From contig JAQVSS010000001.1 of NCBI GenBank assembly GCA_028700415.1, forward strand, positions 955-64,954: a DNA stretch of 64,000 bases. Direction: 5' to 3'. Made by a program: the position numbers and the translations under genes. This DNA is from Kiritimatiellia bacterium. Lineage in GTDB: Bacteria; Verrucomicrobiota; Kiritimatiellia; RFP12; UBA1067. Below the pieces are notes generated by a model that was given only the letters and a program-made list of their open reading frames with translations, searched no databases and was not told the origin of the DNA. How positions within the stretch are numbered: the first letter of the stretch is position 1; each line of letters starts with the position of its first letter. Shown piece after piece: positions 1-9,740 of the stretch.

Positions 1-2
1 TG

Positions 3-722
3 CTGCTCACGACAGAGGATGCTGTTGTCGGAAAAGGCGCGGACTCGTATGGCCATATCCAGCAGGAGGGCGGCACGGCCGATATCCGGAATCTCTACCT
101 CAGCATGTCATCACTGCCCGCCAACGCCTCCTACACGCTCAACGGCGGCACCCTGCGGGTGCGGAACGCCATGACCGGGCCGGCCACGAACAACACCGAA
201 AACTTCACGTTCACCGGGGGGACCTTAAGTTTCCTGACGTACATGAACACCCTGCCCACTCTCACCCACGCGGGAGGAACGCTCTCGCCCGGACTCGACG
301 TGGCCGGCAAAAGCACGGTTGACACCAACTATCTTGCGACCTCCCCCTCCGCCCGCCTATCCGTCAACCTAGGCGGCACGTCCCAAGCGAACGCCTTCAC
401 GAACAGCGCCGGGTATTACGATTTACTGAATGTCACGGGGAGAGCCACGTTGGCGGGCGAGCTGGATGTGTCCTTCATCAACGGTTTCGACGCCGCGGTG
501 AAAGCCACCGACAAGTTCTACGTGGTGGCCTCCGGCAGCAATATTGAAGGGGCTTTCGCCAATGTGCCCAGCGGCGGACGGGTCACAACCGCCGAAAGGC
601 ACTCGTTCGCCGTCTACTACGGCAACAACGCCGCGACAACGGCGGCTGGAGAGGACCCCAAAAAAGTGACCCTGACAGGCTTTCTCCACAAGCAATGCGG
701 AACCATCGTTACCATCGACTGA
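3..722 (+). CDS. C-terminal part (5' truncated by window) of an exported beta-strand-repeat / autotransporter-passenger-like protein
   Basis: Frame is open from base 3 (LLTTEDAVVGKGADSYGHIQQEGG...) into the listed ORF 105..722; G/T/N-rich repeats (YTLNGGTL, FTFTGGTL, HAGGTLSPG, YDLLNVTGRATLAGELDVSF); ends GTIVTID with no beta-barrel. Confidence 0.75.
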   Translation: MLTTEDAVVGKGADSYGHIQQEGGTADIRNLYLSMSSLPANASYTLNGGTLRVRNAMTGPATNNTENFTFTGGTLSFLTYMNTLPTLTHAGGTLSPGLDVAGKSTVDTNYLATSPSARLSVNLGGTSQANAFTNSAGYYDLLNVTGRATLAGELDVSFINGFDAAVKATDKFYVVASGSNIEGAFANVPSGGRVTTAERHSFAVYYGNNAATTAAGEDPKKVTLTGFLHKQCGTIVTID

Positions 723-812
723 CCGTACGCGCACTTTCCGATCCACGGGAGGCGCAGTCGCTTTGTCTATTGACCCCCGGAACGTTTTCCGCGCGTTTCG
801 CCTGACGGCATC

Positions 813-841
813 TTGCCGGTTTCCGCACCGCCGCGTATACT
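813..841 (+). promoter_or_regulatory. sigma70-like promoter, probably leaderless
   Basis: TTGCCG-17-TATACT ending 8 nt before ATG 850; no Shine-Dalgarno in between. Confidence 0.5.
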
Positions 842-849
842 GTTCATCT

Positions 850-1857
850 ATGAACTCACTCCAACGTTACCTCGCAACGCTCAAAGGCCACCCAACGGAC
901 ACGTTGCCGCGTGTGCCAATCCTCATGCAGTTCGCCGCCGAGCATATCGGCTCAAACTATGCCTCCTTCGCCTCCGATTTCCGCGTGCTGGTGGAAGCCA
1001 ACCTCCGCTGCCGGGAAGACTTCGGGATGGATCAAGTCAGCGTCATCTCCGACCCCTACCGCGAAACCCAAGGCTTTGGCGCGGAGATCCAATACATCGA
1101 AAACCACGCCCCTTGCCTCGTACGCCCCCCTCTTTCAGACATTCACGACCTCTCGCCGCTCCGGGTTGACCCCGACCCCTACGGTTCGGAACGGATGTTG
1201 GACCGCCTGCTGGCCGTGCGCGAGTTCCAGTCGCGTGTCGGCGGCGAGTGCTCGATCCTCGGCTGGGTCGAAGGCCCCGCCGCAGAAGCCGCCGACCTTC
1301 GCGGCGTTCAGGATTTTCTCCTGGATCTCATGGACGACGAAAACGCCTCCATAGCCCTCATGGAGCGCTGCATCCGCACCGCGATCCGTTTCGCCGAGGC
1401 TCAGCTCGCAGAGGGGGCCGACACGATCGGCATCGGCGACGCCATCGCCAGCCAGTTGCCGCCCGACCTTTACCGCAATCTGGTTTGGCCCTTGGAGAAA
1501 CGCCTCGTTGAAGCGATCCAAGCCAAGAACGGTCTCGTCAAGCTGCACATCTGCGGGAACATCACCCACCTGTTGCCGCACATCGCTGAGCTGGGTGTGG
1601 ACATTCTCGACATCGATCACATGGTCGATCCGGCCTATGCACGGAAATGTGTCGGGCATGAGGTCGCCCTTGCCGGGCGCGTCGATCCTGTGGCCGACGT
1701 GTTGCACGGCACTCCAGCGGGCATCCGCAGCGCCGTCGCACAGAGCTATGCCGCGACGAAGAATCCGCATCTGGTCATGGCCGGCTGTGAAATCCCGCCC
1801 GGCACGCCGCCCGCAAATCTAAAAGCCCTCTGCGAACCGGTCCCCTACCGGCAATGA
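850..1857 (+). CDS. uroporphyrinogen decarboxylase family / MtaA-CmuA-like methylcobamide methyltransferase
   Basis: URO-D fold motifs GWVEGP..EAA.LRG, GADTIGIGD, Zn-type LHICG and AGCEIP; start moved to ATG 850. Confidence 0.85.
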   Translation: MNSLQRYLATLKGHPTDTLPRVPILMQFAAEHIGSNYASFASDFRVLVEANLRCREDFGMDQVSVISDPYRETQGFGAEIQYIENHAPCLVRPPLSDIHDLSPLRVDPDPYGSERMLDRLLAVREFQSRVGGECSILGWVEGPAAEAADLRGVQDFLLDLMDDENASIALMERCIRTAIRFAEAQLAEGADTIGIGDAIASQLPPDLYRNLVWPLEKRLVEAIQAKNGLVKLHICGNITHLLPHIAELGVDILDIDHMVDPAYARKCVGHEVALAGRVDPVADVLHGTPAGIRSAVAQSYAATKNPHLVMAGCEIPPGTPPANLKALCEPVPYRQ

Positions 1858-1915
1858 CAGCCCCTGTTTTCTGACGCGCGGCATTCGGAAAATCTGACAT
1901 AAAAACTTCATCCGC

Positions 1916-1945
1916 TTGACCATTAGTCGAGGTTCCGGCTACTAT
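1916..1945 (+). promoter_or_regulatory. sigma70-like promoter
   Basis: TTGACC-18-TACTAT upstream of the pseudouridine synthase gene. Confidence 0.5.
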
Positions 1946-2060
1946 CCCTTCCAACGGAACCAGCGCCAGACCCAGAATTTCAGACGCTGCCAACACGACG
2001 GGCGCACAGCGGACGGACGGTAACCCGGCCGCATATACTCCCGATCAGAAAGTGCCATTG

Positions 2061-2861
2061 ATGCCCCCTATCCCCATCACCCCACGCCCGGCATGGCCGG
2101 GTAAAGCCGCACCCGAAAAGGGCGAACGTTTGCAGAACGCCCTCTCACAACGAGGCGTGGCTTCGCGGCGTCACGCCGCAGACATGATCGCAAACGGCGA
2201 AGTCTCCGTCAACGGCAAGGTCGTCACCGAACCCGGTTTCCGCGTGCATCCGTACAGCGATAACATCCGCGTTCGCGGCGAGTCTCTGCCGCGGGAGACC
2301 GAGCGCTTGCGCACCATCCTGCTCTACAAGCCGCAAGGCCTCCTCTGCAGCGCGGACAACTCGCGCGGGGAAACGGTCTGCGACCTGATGCGCCCGCACA
2401 TCGCCGAGCGCATCGTGCCGGTCGGACGGCTCGACAAGGAGAGCGACGGCCTGCTGCTGATGTCCAACGACGGCGAACTCACAAACATCATGACCCACCC
2501 CCGGTACGGACACACCAAGACGTACATCGCCCGCGTGGCCGGGCACATGGAAGATCAGAAAATCGAGCTGCTGCGCTCGCGCTTGGAGATCGACGGCTAC
2601 GTGATCCAGCCGGTCGAGGTCGAGGTGCTGAAAGTCGGGCGCGACCACACGCACAAGCTGGCTTTCACGCTCTCCGAAGGACGCAACCGCCAGATCCGCA
2701 AAATGTGCTCACTCGCCCACTTTGTCGTTCTCAGCCTAACCCGCGTGCGCATCGGCCCGCTGAAGATCGGCAACATGCAGCCCGGCGAGTGGCGCGAACT
2801 CTCAGATGCCGAGGTCCGCGCCCTCAAGAAAGTTCCGCACGTGCCGCCAAGGGCAACATGA
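2061..2861 (+). CDS. rRNA pseudouridine synthase, RsuA/RluB family
   Basis: S4 domain (ERLQ..L...GVASRR), YKP motif, catalytic GRLD, EGRNRQIRKM; start could be GTG 2052. Confidence 0.92.
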   Translation: MPPIPITPRPAWPGKAAPEKGERLQNALSQRGVASRRHAADMIANGEVSVNGKVVTEPGFRVHPYSDNIRVRGESLPRETERLRTILLYKPQGLLCSADNSRGETVCDLMRPHIAERIVPVGRLDKESDGLLLMSNDGELTNIMTHPRYGHTKTYIARVAGHMEDQKIELLRSRLEIDGYVIQPVEVEVLKVGRDHTHKLAFTLSEGRNRQIRKMCSLAHFVVLSLTRVRIGPLKIGNMQPGEWRELSDAEVRALKKVPHVPPRAT

Positions 2862-2891
2862 GCCATGTGGCCCCCGGGCACGTGCCTGCCC

Positions 2892-4190
2892 CTACGCCAG
2901 CTTTTCGGGCTTGCCCGGGACAGCCCCTTTGAACTCTTCCAGCATCTTGACTTCGCCTTTTTCGAAGTCCTCCGCGCTGATCGGGTTGTTCATGTTGTAG
3001 AACGGCGACGCCGTGTTCGTCAGCAGATCGTCCATGCGCACCATCTGCCCGGTGTAGGCGGCCAGTGTGCCGATCATGCCGCTGGCCGTCGCCATGGCGA
3101 CCTGCTCGCCCTCGTGCAGATAGTTTCCGCTCAGCAATCCGGTGAGGAAATCCGAGTGCTCCATGACGTACATGTTGTCGTCGCGACCGGCAACGGCCTT
3201 TTCGTCGAACGGGAACGGCTCGATTTTGCCGTCCGGACGCAGGATCTTGCTTCCCAGCACATCGGTCTGCCCTGTCGTGCCGCTGAGCATCGTGCAGCAG
3301 CGGTCAAAGCACCCGTTGATCTGGCGCGCCACGGCATGGATGTGCACCCCGTTGCCGTAATCATAGTCAATGCCGAAACAGTCGTAGGTGTTGCCCGTCG
3401 AACGCCGGTGACGCGCGCCGATGCCCATCGCCTGCTTGGGTAGACGCCCGATGAACCAGTTCGCCAGATCGATCTCGTGTACCGCCTGCTCAGTCAGGTG
3501 GTCGGCGGACATCTCGCGGAAATGGTACCAGTTGTTGGCGATGTATGCGGCGTTGGTGTCACCCGGACGGCGCGGGCGCAGATAGTTCGACGTGCTCATC
3601 CCGCCGTGGCAGCGGTACACCACGCCGGCCCGGATCTCGCCGATGATGCCGTTTTGCACCGGGCCGATCATGCGCAGCGCGCGGTTGTTGTGCCGGTGGC
3701 AGGTGCCCGAAAGGATCGACAGCTTCGCCGCCTTGGCCGCTTCGACCGCCTGCAGGAAACGGCGCAGACCTGCGGGGTCGGTCGCGACCGGTTTTTCCGC
3801 AAAAATATGCTTACCCGCCTTGACGCACGCCTCGGCATGGATCGGGCGGAAAAACGGCGGCGCCGCCAGCAGGACGATCTCGGCATCGGTCTCCAAAACC
3901 TTCTTGTAGCCGTTCGCTCCGCTGAAGGCGAACTTCTCGTCGCAACCGTTGGCCTTGCAGACCGCCGCGGCTTTCTCCTGGAAAAAGTCGGCCGCGCCGA
4001 CCAGCACCGCCTTGTGCCCGAGCCGGGCGGCGGCCTGGGTAATCTCCCGCACCGCGCCCGAACCGCGCCCGCCGCATCCGACCACCGCAAACTTGAACAC
4101 ACGCTGCGCCTGCCCAAAACTGATTGACGGTGCCGCCAGAACGGTACCGAACGCGGCGGTCCCTTTAATGAACGCTCTACGATTTTGCAT
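2892..4190 (-). CDS. Tat-exported Gfo/Idh/MocA family oxidoreductase
   Basis: Twin-arginine signal NRRAFIK, GCGGRG Rossmann motif, AEKP motif, EQAVHEID; RBS GGAGAAAAG before ATG 4190. Confidence 0.9.
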   Translation of the reverse strand: MQNRRAFIKGTAAFGTVLAAPSISFGQAQRVFKFAVVGCGGRGSGAVREITQAAARLGHKAVLVGAADFFQEKAAAVCKANGCDEKFAFSGANGYKKVLETDAEIVLLAAPPFFRPIHAEACVKAGKHIFAEKPVATDPAGLRRFLQAVEAAKAAKLSILSGTCHRHNNRALRMIGPVQNGIIGEIRAGVVYRCHGGMSTSNYLRPRRPGDTNAAYIANNWYHFREMSADHLTEQAVHEIDLANWFIGRLPKQAMGIGARHRRSTGNTYDCFGIDYDYGNGVHIHAVARQINGCFDRCCTMLSGTTGQTDVLGSKILRPDGKIEPFPFDEKAVAGRDDNMYVMEHSDFLTGLLSGNYLHEGEQVAMATASGMIGTLAAYTGQMVRMDDLLTNTASPFYNMNNPISAEDFEKGEVKMLEEFKGAVPGKPEKLA

Positions 4191-4249
4191 CTTTTCTCCC
4201 GTGATCATCCAAACCCTTGACACTCGCCAGACGACATTCGGAACGCGTC

Positions 4250-5227
4250 CTACGCGCCCTGGCCCGCGAAGAACCGGTCCATCAGCGCGCTGTGCTCGGC
4301 ATCCGTGAACCCGCCGCTCTCGATCGTGACCCAGCCGTTATAGCCGACCTCGTCGATCACCTTGCGCACCGACTTCCAGTCGATGCTGCCTTTGCCGATC
4401 GGCACAAAATCGCCGTCGTTCTTCTTCTCGCGGTCGATCTTGAAATCCTTGATGTGCAGCTTCACAATGCTCTTCCCGAGCGTCCGCAGCCACTGCTCCG
4501 TCGGGGCGTAGCGAACGTTATTGCCGAGGTCGAAATACGTCTTGACCCAAGCGTTATCGAACGAACGGGCGAATGCCGCCGCAAAATCGGGGAGCACCCA
4601 CAGGTTGTTCCAGACGTTCTCCACTGCGATGATCACCCCTTCGCGGGCGGCCACGGGAATCAGTTCCTCGATCGCCCGGCTCGACAGTTCCGTCGCCTGG
4701 TTCTGCGCCTCGATGTAAGCCGCGAACGGCGCGTTGTCGCCCTCCACAACGGACTTGACCTTCAGCGTCGCCGGATCGAAATCGATCTTGAACTGGGAGG
4801 GCTTGGGCATGGTGCCGCCCACCCGGCAAGGCACCAGCAGGATGTCAGGCGCGCCGTAAGCCGCCGACACCCGGATGAGCCGTTTCACATCCTCAATGGA
4901 GGCACGCCGTGCGGCTTCGTCCGCGTGGTTGAAATTCGCCCACCCGCCCATAAAGGAGTGGATCTTGAGACCGTGCTTCTCAGCGGTGATCCGCCCCTGC
5001 ACCGCCTGCTCGACGGTCACATCCTTCTTTTGCAGCTCCACACCCGGGAAACCCGCCTTGGCGATCCGCTCGCAGTTCGCATCGTCCGCGACGGGCGTGA
5101 TCAGCGCCTTATGCAACTGGGTCTTGAATGCGCACGCCTCAGCCGCCCGTGCGGCACACGGCAGTCCCGCCGCAACGCCCGCCGCCGCCGCCACTTTTAT
5201 GAAACCCCGCCTGGTGATTCGCATCAT
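4250..5227 (-). CDS. Tat-exported sugar phosphate isomerase/epimerase (xylose isomerase-like TIM barrel)
   Basis: TRRGFIK Tat signal; ENVWN, YFDLGN, LHIKD, VTIE metal-binding motifs. Confidence 0.88.
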   Translation of the reverse strand: MMRITRRGFIKVAAAAGVAAGLPCAARAAEACAFKTQLHKALITPVADDANCERIAKAGFPGVELQKKDVTVEQAVQGRITAEKHGLKIHSFMGGWANFNHADEAARRASIEDVKRLIRVSAAYGAPDILLVPCRVGGTMPKPSQFKIDFDPATLKVKSVVEGDNAPFAAYIEAQNQATELSSRAIEELIPVAAREGVIIAVENVWNNLWVLPDFAAAFARSFDNAWVKTYFDLGNNVRYAPTEQWLRTLGKSIVKLHIKDFKIDREKKNDGDFVPIGKGSIDWKSVRKVIDEVGYNGWVTIESGGFTDAEHSALMDRFFAGQGA

Positions 5228-5267
5228 CTCTCCTCCCGTTTTTGTTACAAACAATCTATACTGGACG

Positions 5268-5296
5268 AGTTTAAAGTTTTCCGGCCTCGCTGTCAA
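5268..5296 (-). promoter_or_regulatory. sigma70-like promoter for the Tat enzyme pair
   Basis: Minus strand TTGACA-17-TAAACT about 40 nt upstream of ATG 5227. Confidence 0.6.
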
Positions 5297-5386
5297 CCTG
5301 CCAACCTGAGGCGCGGCCGTGTCACAACACGTCATACTGCGCACCCCCGGAAACAAGCCGAAACCCTTATTCCGCCCACCCGCCCC

Positions 5387-6409
5387 TCACCGCGCCTCCA
5401 ACTCGACGCGCACCGGGAAATGATCCGAATAGCCGGTCAGGAAGATATCGCCGACCTCTTTGTTCCGCACGCGCCGGAACGGCAACGGCGTCCCCTTCTC
5501 CGAACACTGCGCAGGGCTCTTGAACACGCAATACCCGCCCTTCTTCACGCGCCACGCTGCCGCCGGCTCAACGTCCGTCAGCATGCCGCGCGTCACGCTG
5601 ATCGAATCCATCGCGTTCCACTGCTTGGCCGCAGCATAATAATACGTGGCACGCGCCGCTTCGGACAACCCGCCGGCCAGATTGAAGAGCAGCCGCCCGT
5701 CCGCATCCCCGCGCACACGCCTCTCGTCCGGGACAAGCCCCGCATCCCCCGTCAAAATCGGGGAGGTGAGCGCGTCATTGAAATCGCCCGCGACCAGAAT
5801 GGCCGCCGCCGGGTCCGCCTTCAGCCGCCCGTCCAGATACTTCCGGACTGCCCGCGCCTCCTTGCGCCGGATCTCATCGCTCTCATTTTTCTTCCCGAGT
5901 TGCGACTTCCAGTGGTTCACCAGCACGGTCACCGGTTTTCCAAAAAACTCAAACCCGCACACCAGCACCTCGCGCTGTCCCGCCGCCGCATGAAGCCAGT
6001 TGGTCGCGACGGGCGCTGTCTTGGCCAGCATGGCCACGTCGATTCCCCGTTTTTCGGAACTGTCGCGGTGGATGATCGCCGGCAACGCATACGCATGACG
6101 CTCTTTCAGCTCCTGGACCAGATCCTCGAGGACGCGCCGGTTCTCGATTTCAGTCAGACACAGCACGTCGGGCCGCATCTGAAAAATGATCTCGGACAGG
6201 TGGCGCACCTTCAGCGCGTAACGCGCCTCTGTCCAGCGCATCCAGCCGCGCGGCGTAAACCCGTCATCCCCCTTGTTTGCCGGGTCGTCCACCGTGTCGA
6301 AGAGATTCTCCACGTTCCAACTGGCCACCACCAGCGTGCCGGTCGCGCCCAGCGCGCAGAGCCCCCACATCGCCACCGCGCACACCACCAAAACGCGCCA
6401 CCGCTTCAT
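5387..6409 (-). CDS. exported endonuclease/exonuclease/phosphatase (EEP) family protein
   Basis: Signal peptide; WNVENLFD, LTEIEN, VNHWKS, AGDFND, YSDHFPV motifs. Confidence 0.9.
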   Translation of the reverse strand: MKRWRVLVVCAVAMWGLCALGATGTLVVASWNVENLFDTVDDPANKGDDGFTPRGWMRWTEARYALKVRHLSEIIFQMRPDVLCLTEIENRRVLEDLVQELKERHAYALPAIIHRDSSEKRGIDVAMLAKTAPVATNWLHAAAGQREVLVCGFEFFGKPVTVLVNHWKSQLGKKNESDEIRRKEARAVRKYLDGRLKADPAAAILVAGDFNDALTSPILTGDAGLVPDERRVRGDADGRLLFNLAGGLSEAARATYYYAAAKQWNAMDSISVTRGMLTDVEPAAAWRVKKGGYCVFKSPAQCSEKGTPLPFRRVRNKEVGDIFLTGYSDHFPVRVELEAR

Positions 6410-6425
6410 CGTACCCCTCCAAAGC

Positions 6426-7511
6426 CTATTCGCCCGCCTCTAGGGCGGGCACCACATCGAGCCGCAAGGCCGCCTCGCCGCGCACGCCTCCGCCCATCCC
6501 GGCAAGTCCCGCAATCATCGCCGCATTGTCGCCGCAGAAACGCGGCTCAGCCAGCAGCAGCCGCACGCCCGCCCCGGACGCCACCTGCGCCAACCGCTCG
6601 CGCAACCTCCGGTTGAGCGAGACCCCACCGCCGACCGCCAACGCCCGGTAACGCCCCCCCCGCAACGCCCGCTCGCAACGCCCGGCCAACGCGCCGACGA
6701 TCGCCTCCTGATAGGCCGCCACGATCTCCGCGACCTGCCCTTCGTCTTGCGGCGGCTGATCGCGGAGGTGATACATCAGCGACGTCTTCAGGCCGCTGAA
6801 GCTCACGCACAGCTCCGCCCGCAACCCGCCTAACCCCCGGTTGCCCGTGCGCGGGCTCCCCGTGGGAAATGCCACCGCGTCACGCCGCGCCGCCTGTCGC
6901 GCCACGCGGTCGATCACCGGGCCGCCCGGATATCCGAGCCCCAGCAGCTTGGCGGCCTTGTCGAACGCCTCGCCCGCCGCATCGTCCAGCGTCTGCCCGA
7001 TAATCCGGTACGTGCCCGGCTCCGGCACGTCGATCCAACACGAGTGCCCCCCCGAAACCACCAGTGCCAGCAGCGGGCCCGTTTCGCGCGGGTCGGGCGC
7101 CCCCGGAGTCAGGAAAACGGAGTGGACGTGCGCCTCGATATGGTTGATCCCAATCAGCGGTTTGCCCAAACTCAACGCCAGCCCCTTGGCCGCCGAGAGC
7201 CCCACGATCAGCGAGCTCGCCAACCCCGGCCCGTACGTCACCGCGACCGCGTCAACCCTGTCCCAGACCCCAGGCGCCAACTCCGTGTCCGCAACCCCGC
7301 CGCCGGGCGCGAACGCTTCCCTCAACGCCTCCCGGACCACGCCGCCGATCTTCTCCACATGGCTCCGCGACGCGATCTCCGGCACCACACCGCCGTACGG
7401 CTGGTGCAGCGGCACCTGACTGTACACCACGCTCGACAGCACGGAACGCCCGTCCTCGACCACCGCCGCCGCCGTCTCGTCACACGAGGTCTCGATCCCT
7501 AAAACAACCAT
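6426..7511 (-). CDS. tsaD: tRNA N6-adenosine threonylcarbamoyltransferase TsaD
   Basis: VLGIETSCDET, GGVVPEIASRSH, NHIEAH, VSGGHS, DDAAGEAFDK, DNAAMIA. Confidence 0.97.
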   Translation of the reverse strand: MVVLGIETSCDETAAAVVEDGRSVLSSVVYSQVPLHQPYGGVVPEIASRSHVEKIGGVVREALREAFAPGGGVADTELAPGVWDRVDAVAVTYGPGLASSLIVGLSAAKGLALSLGKPLIGINHIEAHVHSVFLTPGAPDPRETGPLLALVVSGGHSCWIDVPEPGTYRIIGQTLDDAAGEAFDKAAKLLGLGYPGGPVIDRVARQAARRDAVAFPTGSPRTGNRGLGGLRAELCVSFSGLKTSLMYHLRDQPPQDEGQVAEIVAAYQEAIVGALAGRCERALRGGRYRALAVGGGVSLNRRLRERLAQVASGAGVRLLLAEPRFCGDNAAMIAGLAGMGGGVRGEAALRLDVVPALEAGE

Positions 7512-7533
7512 GCGTCAGACATCCGTTCCCTGC

Positions 7534-8844
7534 TCAGCCTTTGTTCAGGATGCGGGCGCCCTTGAGCACCTGTTTGGCCCGCTCCAGTTGTTCGTCTTTG
7601 GCGTCCGGAACCATGTTCTTCACGCCCCCCAGCGCCGCGCCGGGCATCTCGTCGTACAACCGCCGCATCTGCGCCTGCCGCCACTCGGCCTTGGAGACCT
7701 GCACCCGCACATCCGGCTCGATCCCCGTGCCGTGAATCATCTTGCCGTCGGGCGTGTAATAATAGCCCGTGGTCAGCCGCAGCGCACAGTCCGGACGCAG
7801 CGCCAACTTGATCACATTCTGGACCGACGCCTTGCCGTACGTCTTTTCCCCTACCAACACCGCACGCTTGTGCGCCTTCAGCGCCCCGGCCACAACCTCC
7901 GACGCGCTCGCGCTCCCGCCGTTCACCAGCAGCGCGATCGGGATCTCCGTGAACCGCCGCCCGCACGGTCCCGCCTCGAACTTCTGCTGCGGCCTCACGC
8001 CGTCGCGCCCGCGCACCGTGACAATCTCCGCCCCCTTGGGCAGCACCTGCCCGGCCACGTCCACGGCCGACTCCAGCAAGCCGCCCGGATTGTCGCGCAA
8101 ATCGATGATGAGTTCCGAGATTTTTTCTTTGTCCAAGTCCGCCAACGCCTGCGCGAAATTTTCCGCCGCAGGCTCGTTGAATTGCGTGATGCGCAAATAC
8201 CCGATGCCGTCCCCCAAAGGCCGCACGCCCTTCACGCTCGCGATCTTGATGTCGTCGCGCACCAGCGCCACGTCCAGTTTCTCACCGTTCGGACGCTCAA
8301 CCGTCACCTTCACAGGCGTGCCCTTTTCGCCGCGCATGGCCTTGACCGCCTCATCCATCGTCGCGCCCGCCAATTTCTTGCCGTCCACCGCCGTGATCGT
8401 GTCGCCCGCGTGGATGCCCGCCTTGAAGGCCGGCGAATCTTCGATCGGCGCGATCACCCTGACCCCGCCGTTATCCACCCCCACATTGATGCCGATGCCG
8501 CCGAAACTCCCGCGCGTATCCTCCTCAAGCTGCGCCAACGGCTGCGGCGGAAGGAACGAGCTGTTCGGATCCAGCGTGCCCACCATCCCCTGGATCGCGC
8601 CGTACACCACGTCTTTGAAAGGTTTTTCCTCCACATAATACCGGCGCACCAGCAACATGGCCTCCGTCAGCACCGCGATCTCGTCAAACGCCGCCTCTTC
8701 TGCCGTCGGCACGGCCACGCCCGCCCTTGTTTTATCCGGGGCCTCCGCCTTCGGCGACGCGCACCCGCAAACGCCGACGGCCAGCACGGCGGCCACCCCG
8801 GCGCTCAACCATCCGCCCTTCAACACCTTGAAAAAACCGGCCAT
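7534..8844 (-). CDS. ctpA: carboxy-terminal processing protease (S41A, PDZ), probable lipoprotein
   Basis: LDPNS, PDZ FGGIGI, DLRDNPGG, SASASE, TYGKASVQ, GIEPD; lipobox-like VCGC; start at ATG 8844. Confidence 0.92.
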   Translation of the reverse strand: MAGFFKVLKGGWLSAGVAAVLAVGVCGCASPKAEAPDKTRAGVAVPTAEEAAFDEIAVLTEAMLLVRRYYVEEKPFKDVVYGAIQGMVGTLDPNSSFLPPQPLAQLEEDTRGSFGGIGINVGVDNGGVRVIAPIEDSPAFKAGIHAGDTITAVDGKKLAGATMDEAVKAMRGEKGTPVKVTVERPNGEKLDVALVRDDIKIASVKGVRPLGDGIGYLRITQFNEPAAENFAQALADLDKEKISELIIDLRDNPGGLLESAVDVAGQVLPKGAEIVTVRGRDGVRPQQKFEAGPCGRRFTEIPIALLVNGGSASASEVVAGALKAHKRAVLVGEKTYGKASVQNVIKLALRPDCALRLTTGYYYTPDGKMIHGTGIEPDVRVQVSKAEWRQAQMRRLYDEMPGAALGGVKNMVPDAKDEQLERAKQVLKGARILNKG

Positions 8845-8897
8845 CGTGCCCTCGCTCTTTTCCCAGTATCCACGTCCGTAAACCGCACGTTCCGCTC

Positions 8898-9740
8898 TCA
8901 CCAGAACTTCCACCACGCTTTTTTCTCTTTCACGGACTGCCCGTCCGCCATCTCGCCGTACAACGTCTTGATCCGCTGGGACGCCGAAATCTCCGGATCC
9001 AGCAGCGAGTTGCGCTCCACCACTTCCAGACTGTCGGGCAGCGACCATAAGACCGTCCGGATATACGCATCCTGGGTGGAGCGGTGAACCACCGTCACCT
9101 CGCCGTCCGGCGAGATGTCCAGTTTCGGCGGAACCGTCCGCATCAGCGTCCCCAGGTCAATCGCATCCCACACCTTTTGCCCCGGTTCGTCTTCCGTCCG
9201 GAGGAACAGCCGGTCCGTCTGGTTGCGGTGCCAGTACACCAGTTTGAAAAGCCGCTTGAGCTTCTGCTTGTTGACAAACATCTGCACGCCGTCCTTGACC
9301 GGAATCCCGGGCACCACATCGAAACTTTTCTTGGCCGACTCATACCGCATACCGGCGTGTATCAGGACCAGCCGGATCACATACCGCCCCTCCTTCACCA
9401 GCGGGAACCACTTGTCCAACTCCAGCTTTTGCTTGAGCGCCTGTCCCGGCTTCAACTGGAACGTCCCCGCCAGCGGCGCGGGGTTGAAGCACGGCACCTC
9501 GTTGTACTGACCGCCCAGAGTCACCTCCATCACCAAACGGTCAAGGGAGTTTTTTCCCCCGGCATCGATCATATCGCGGGACGCGTTGAGCAACTCCGCC
9601 TGCAGCAGCACCGGCTCGCCGACCACAAACGCATTATACGCCAGCGTCAGCGACACTTCCATTTGCTGAGCCGACGCACGGCACGCACACACCACCCCAC
9701 ACAGCAAGACCCAAAAACCTTTTTTCATCGCGCTTCTCAT
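8898..9740 (-). CDS. hypothetical exported protein with C-terminal KKAWWKFW tail
   Basis: Signal peptide MKKGFWVLLCGVVCACRASA; ATGA overlap with upstream gene; RBS GAGGAAGG. Confidence 0.75.
   Translation of the reverse strand: MRSAMKKGFWVLLCGVVCACRASAQQMEVSLTLAYNAFVVGEPVLLQAELLNASRDMIDAGGKNSLDRLVMEVTLGGQYNEVPCFNPAPLAGTFQLKPGQALKQKLELDKWFPLVKEGRYVIRLVLIHAGMRYESAKKSFDVVPGIPVKDGVQMFVNKQKLKRLFKLVYWHRNQTDRLFLRTEDEPGQKVWDAIDLGTLMRTVPPKLDISPDGEVTVVHRSTQDAYIRTVLWSLPDSLEVVERNSLLDPEISASQRIKTLYGEMADGQSVKEKKAWWKFW

Noticed and set aside
4217..6616. 799-aa plus-strand ORF
   Set aside because: Antisense shadow of three well-supported minus-strand genes; Arg/Pro-rich, no motifs; expected in high-GC DNA
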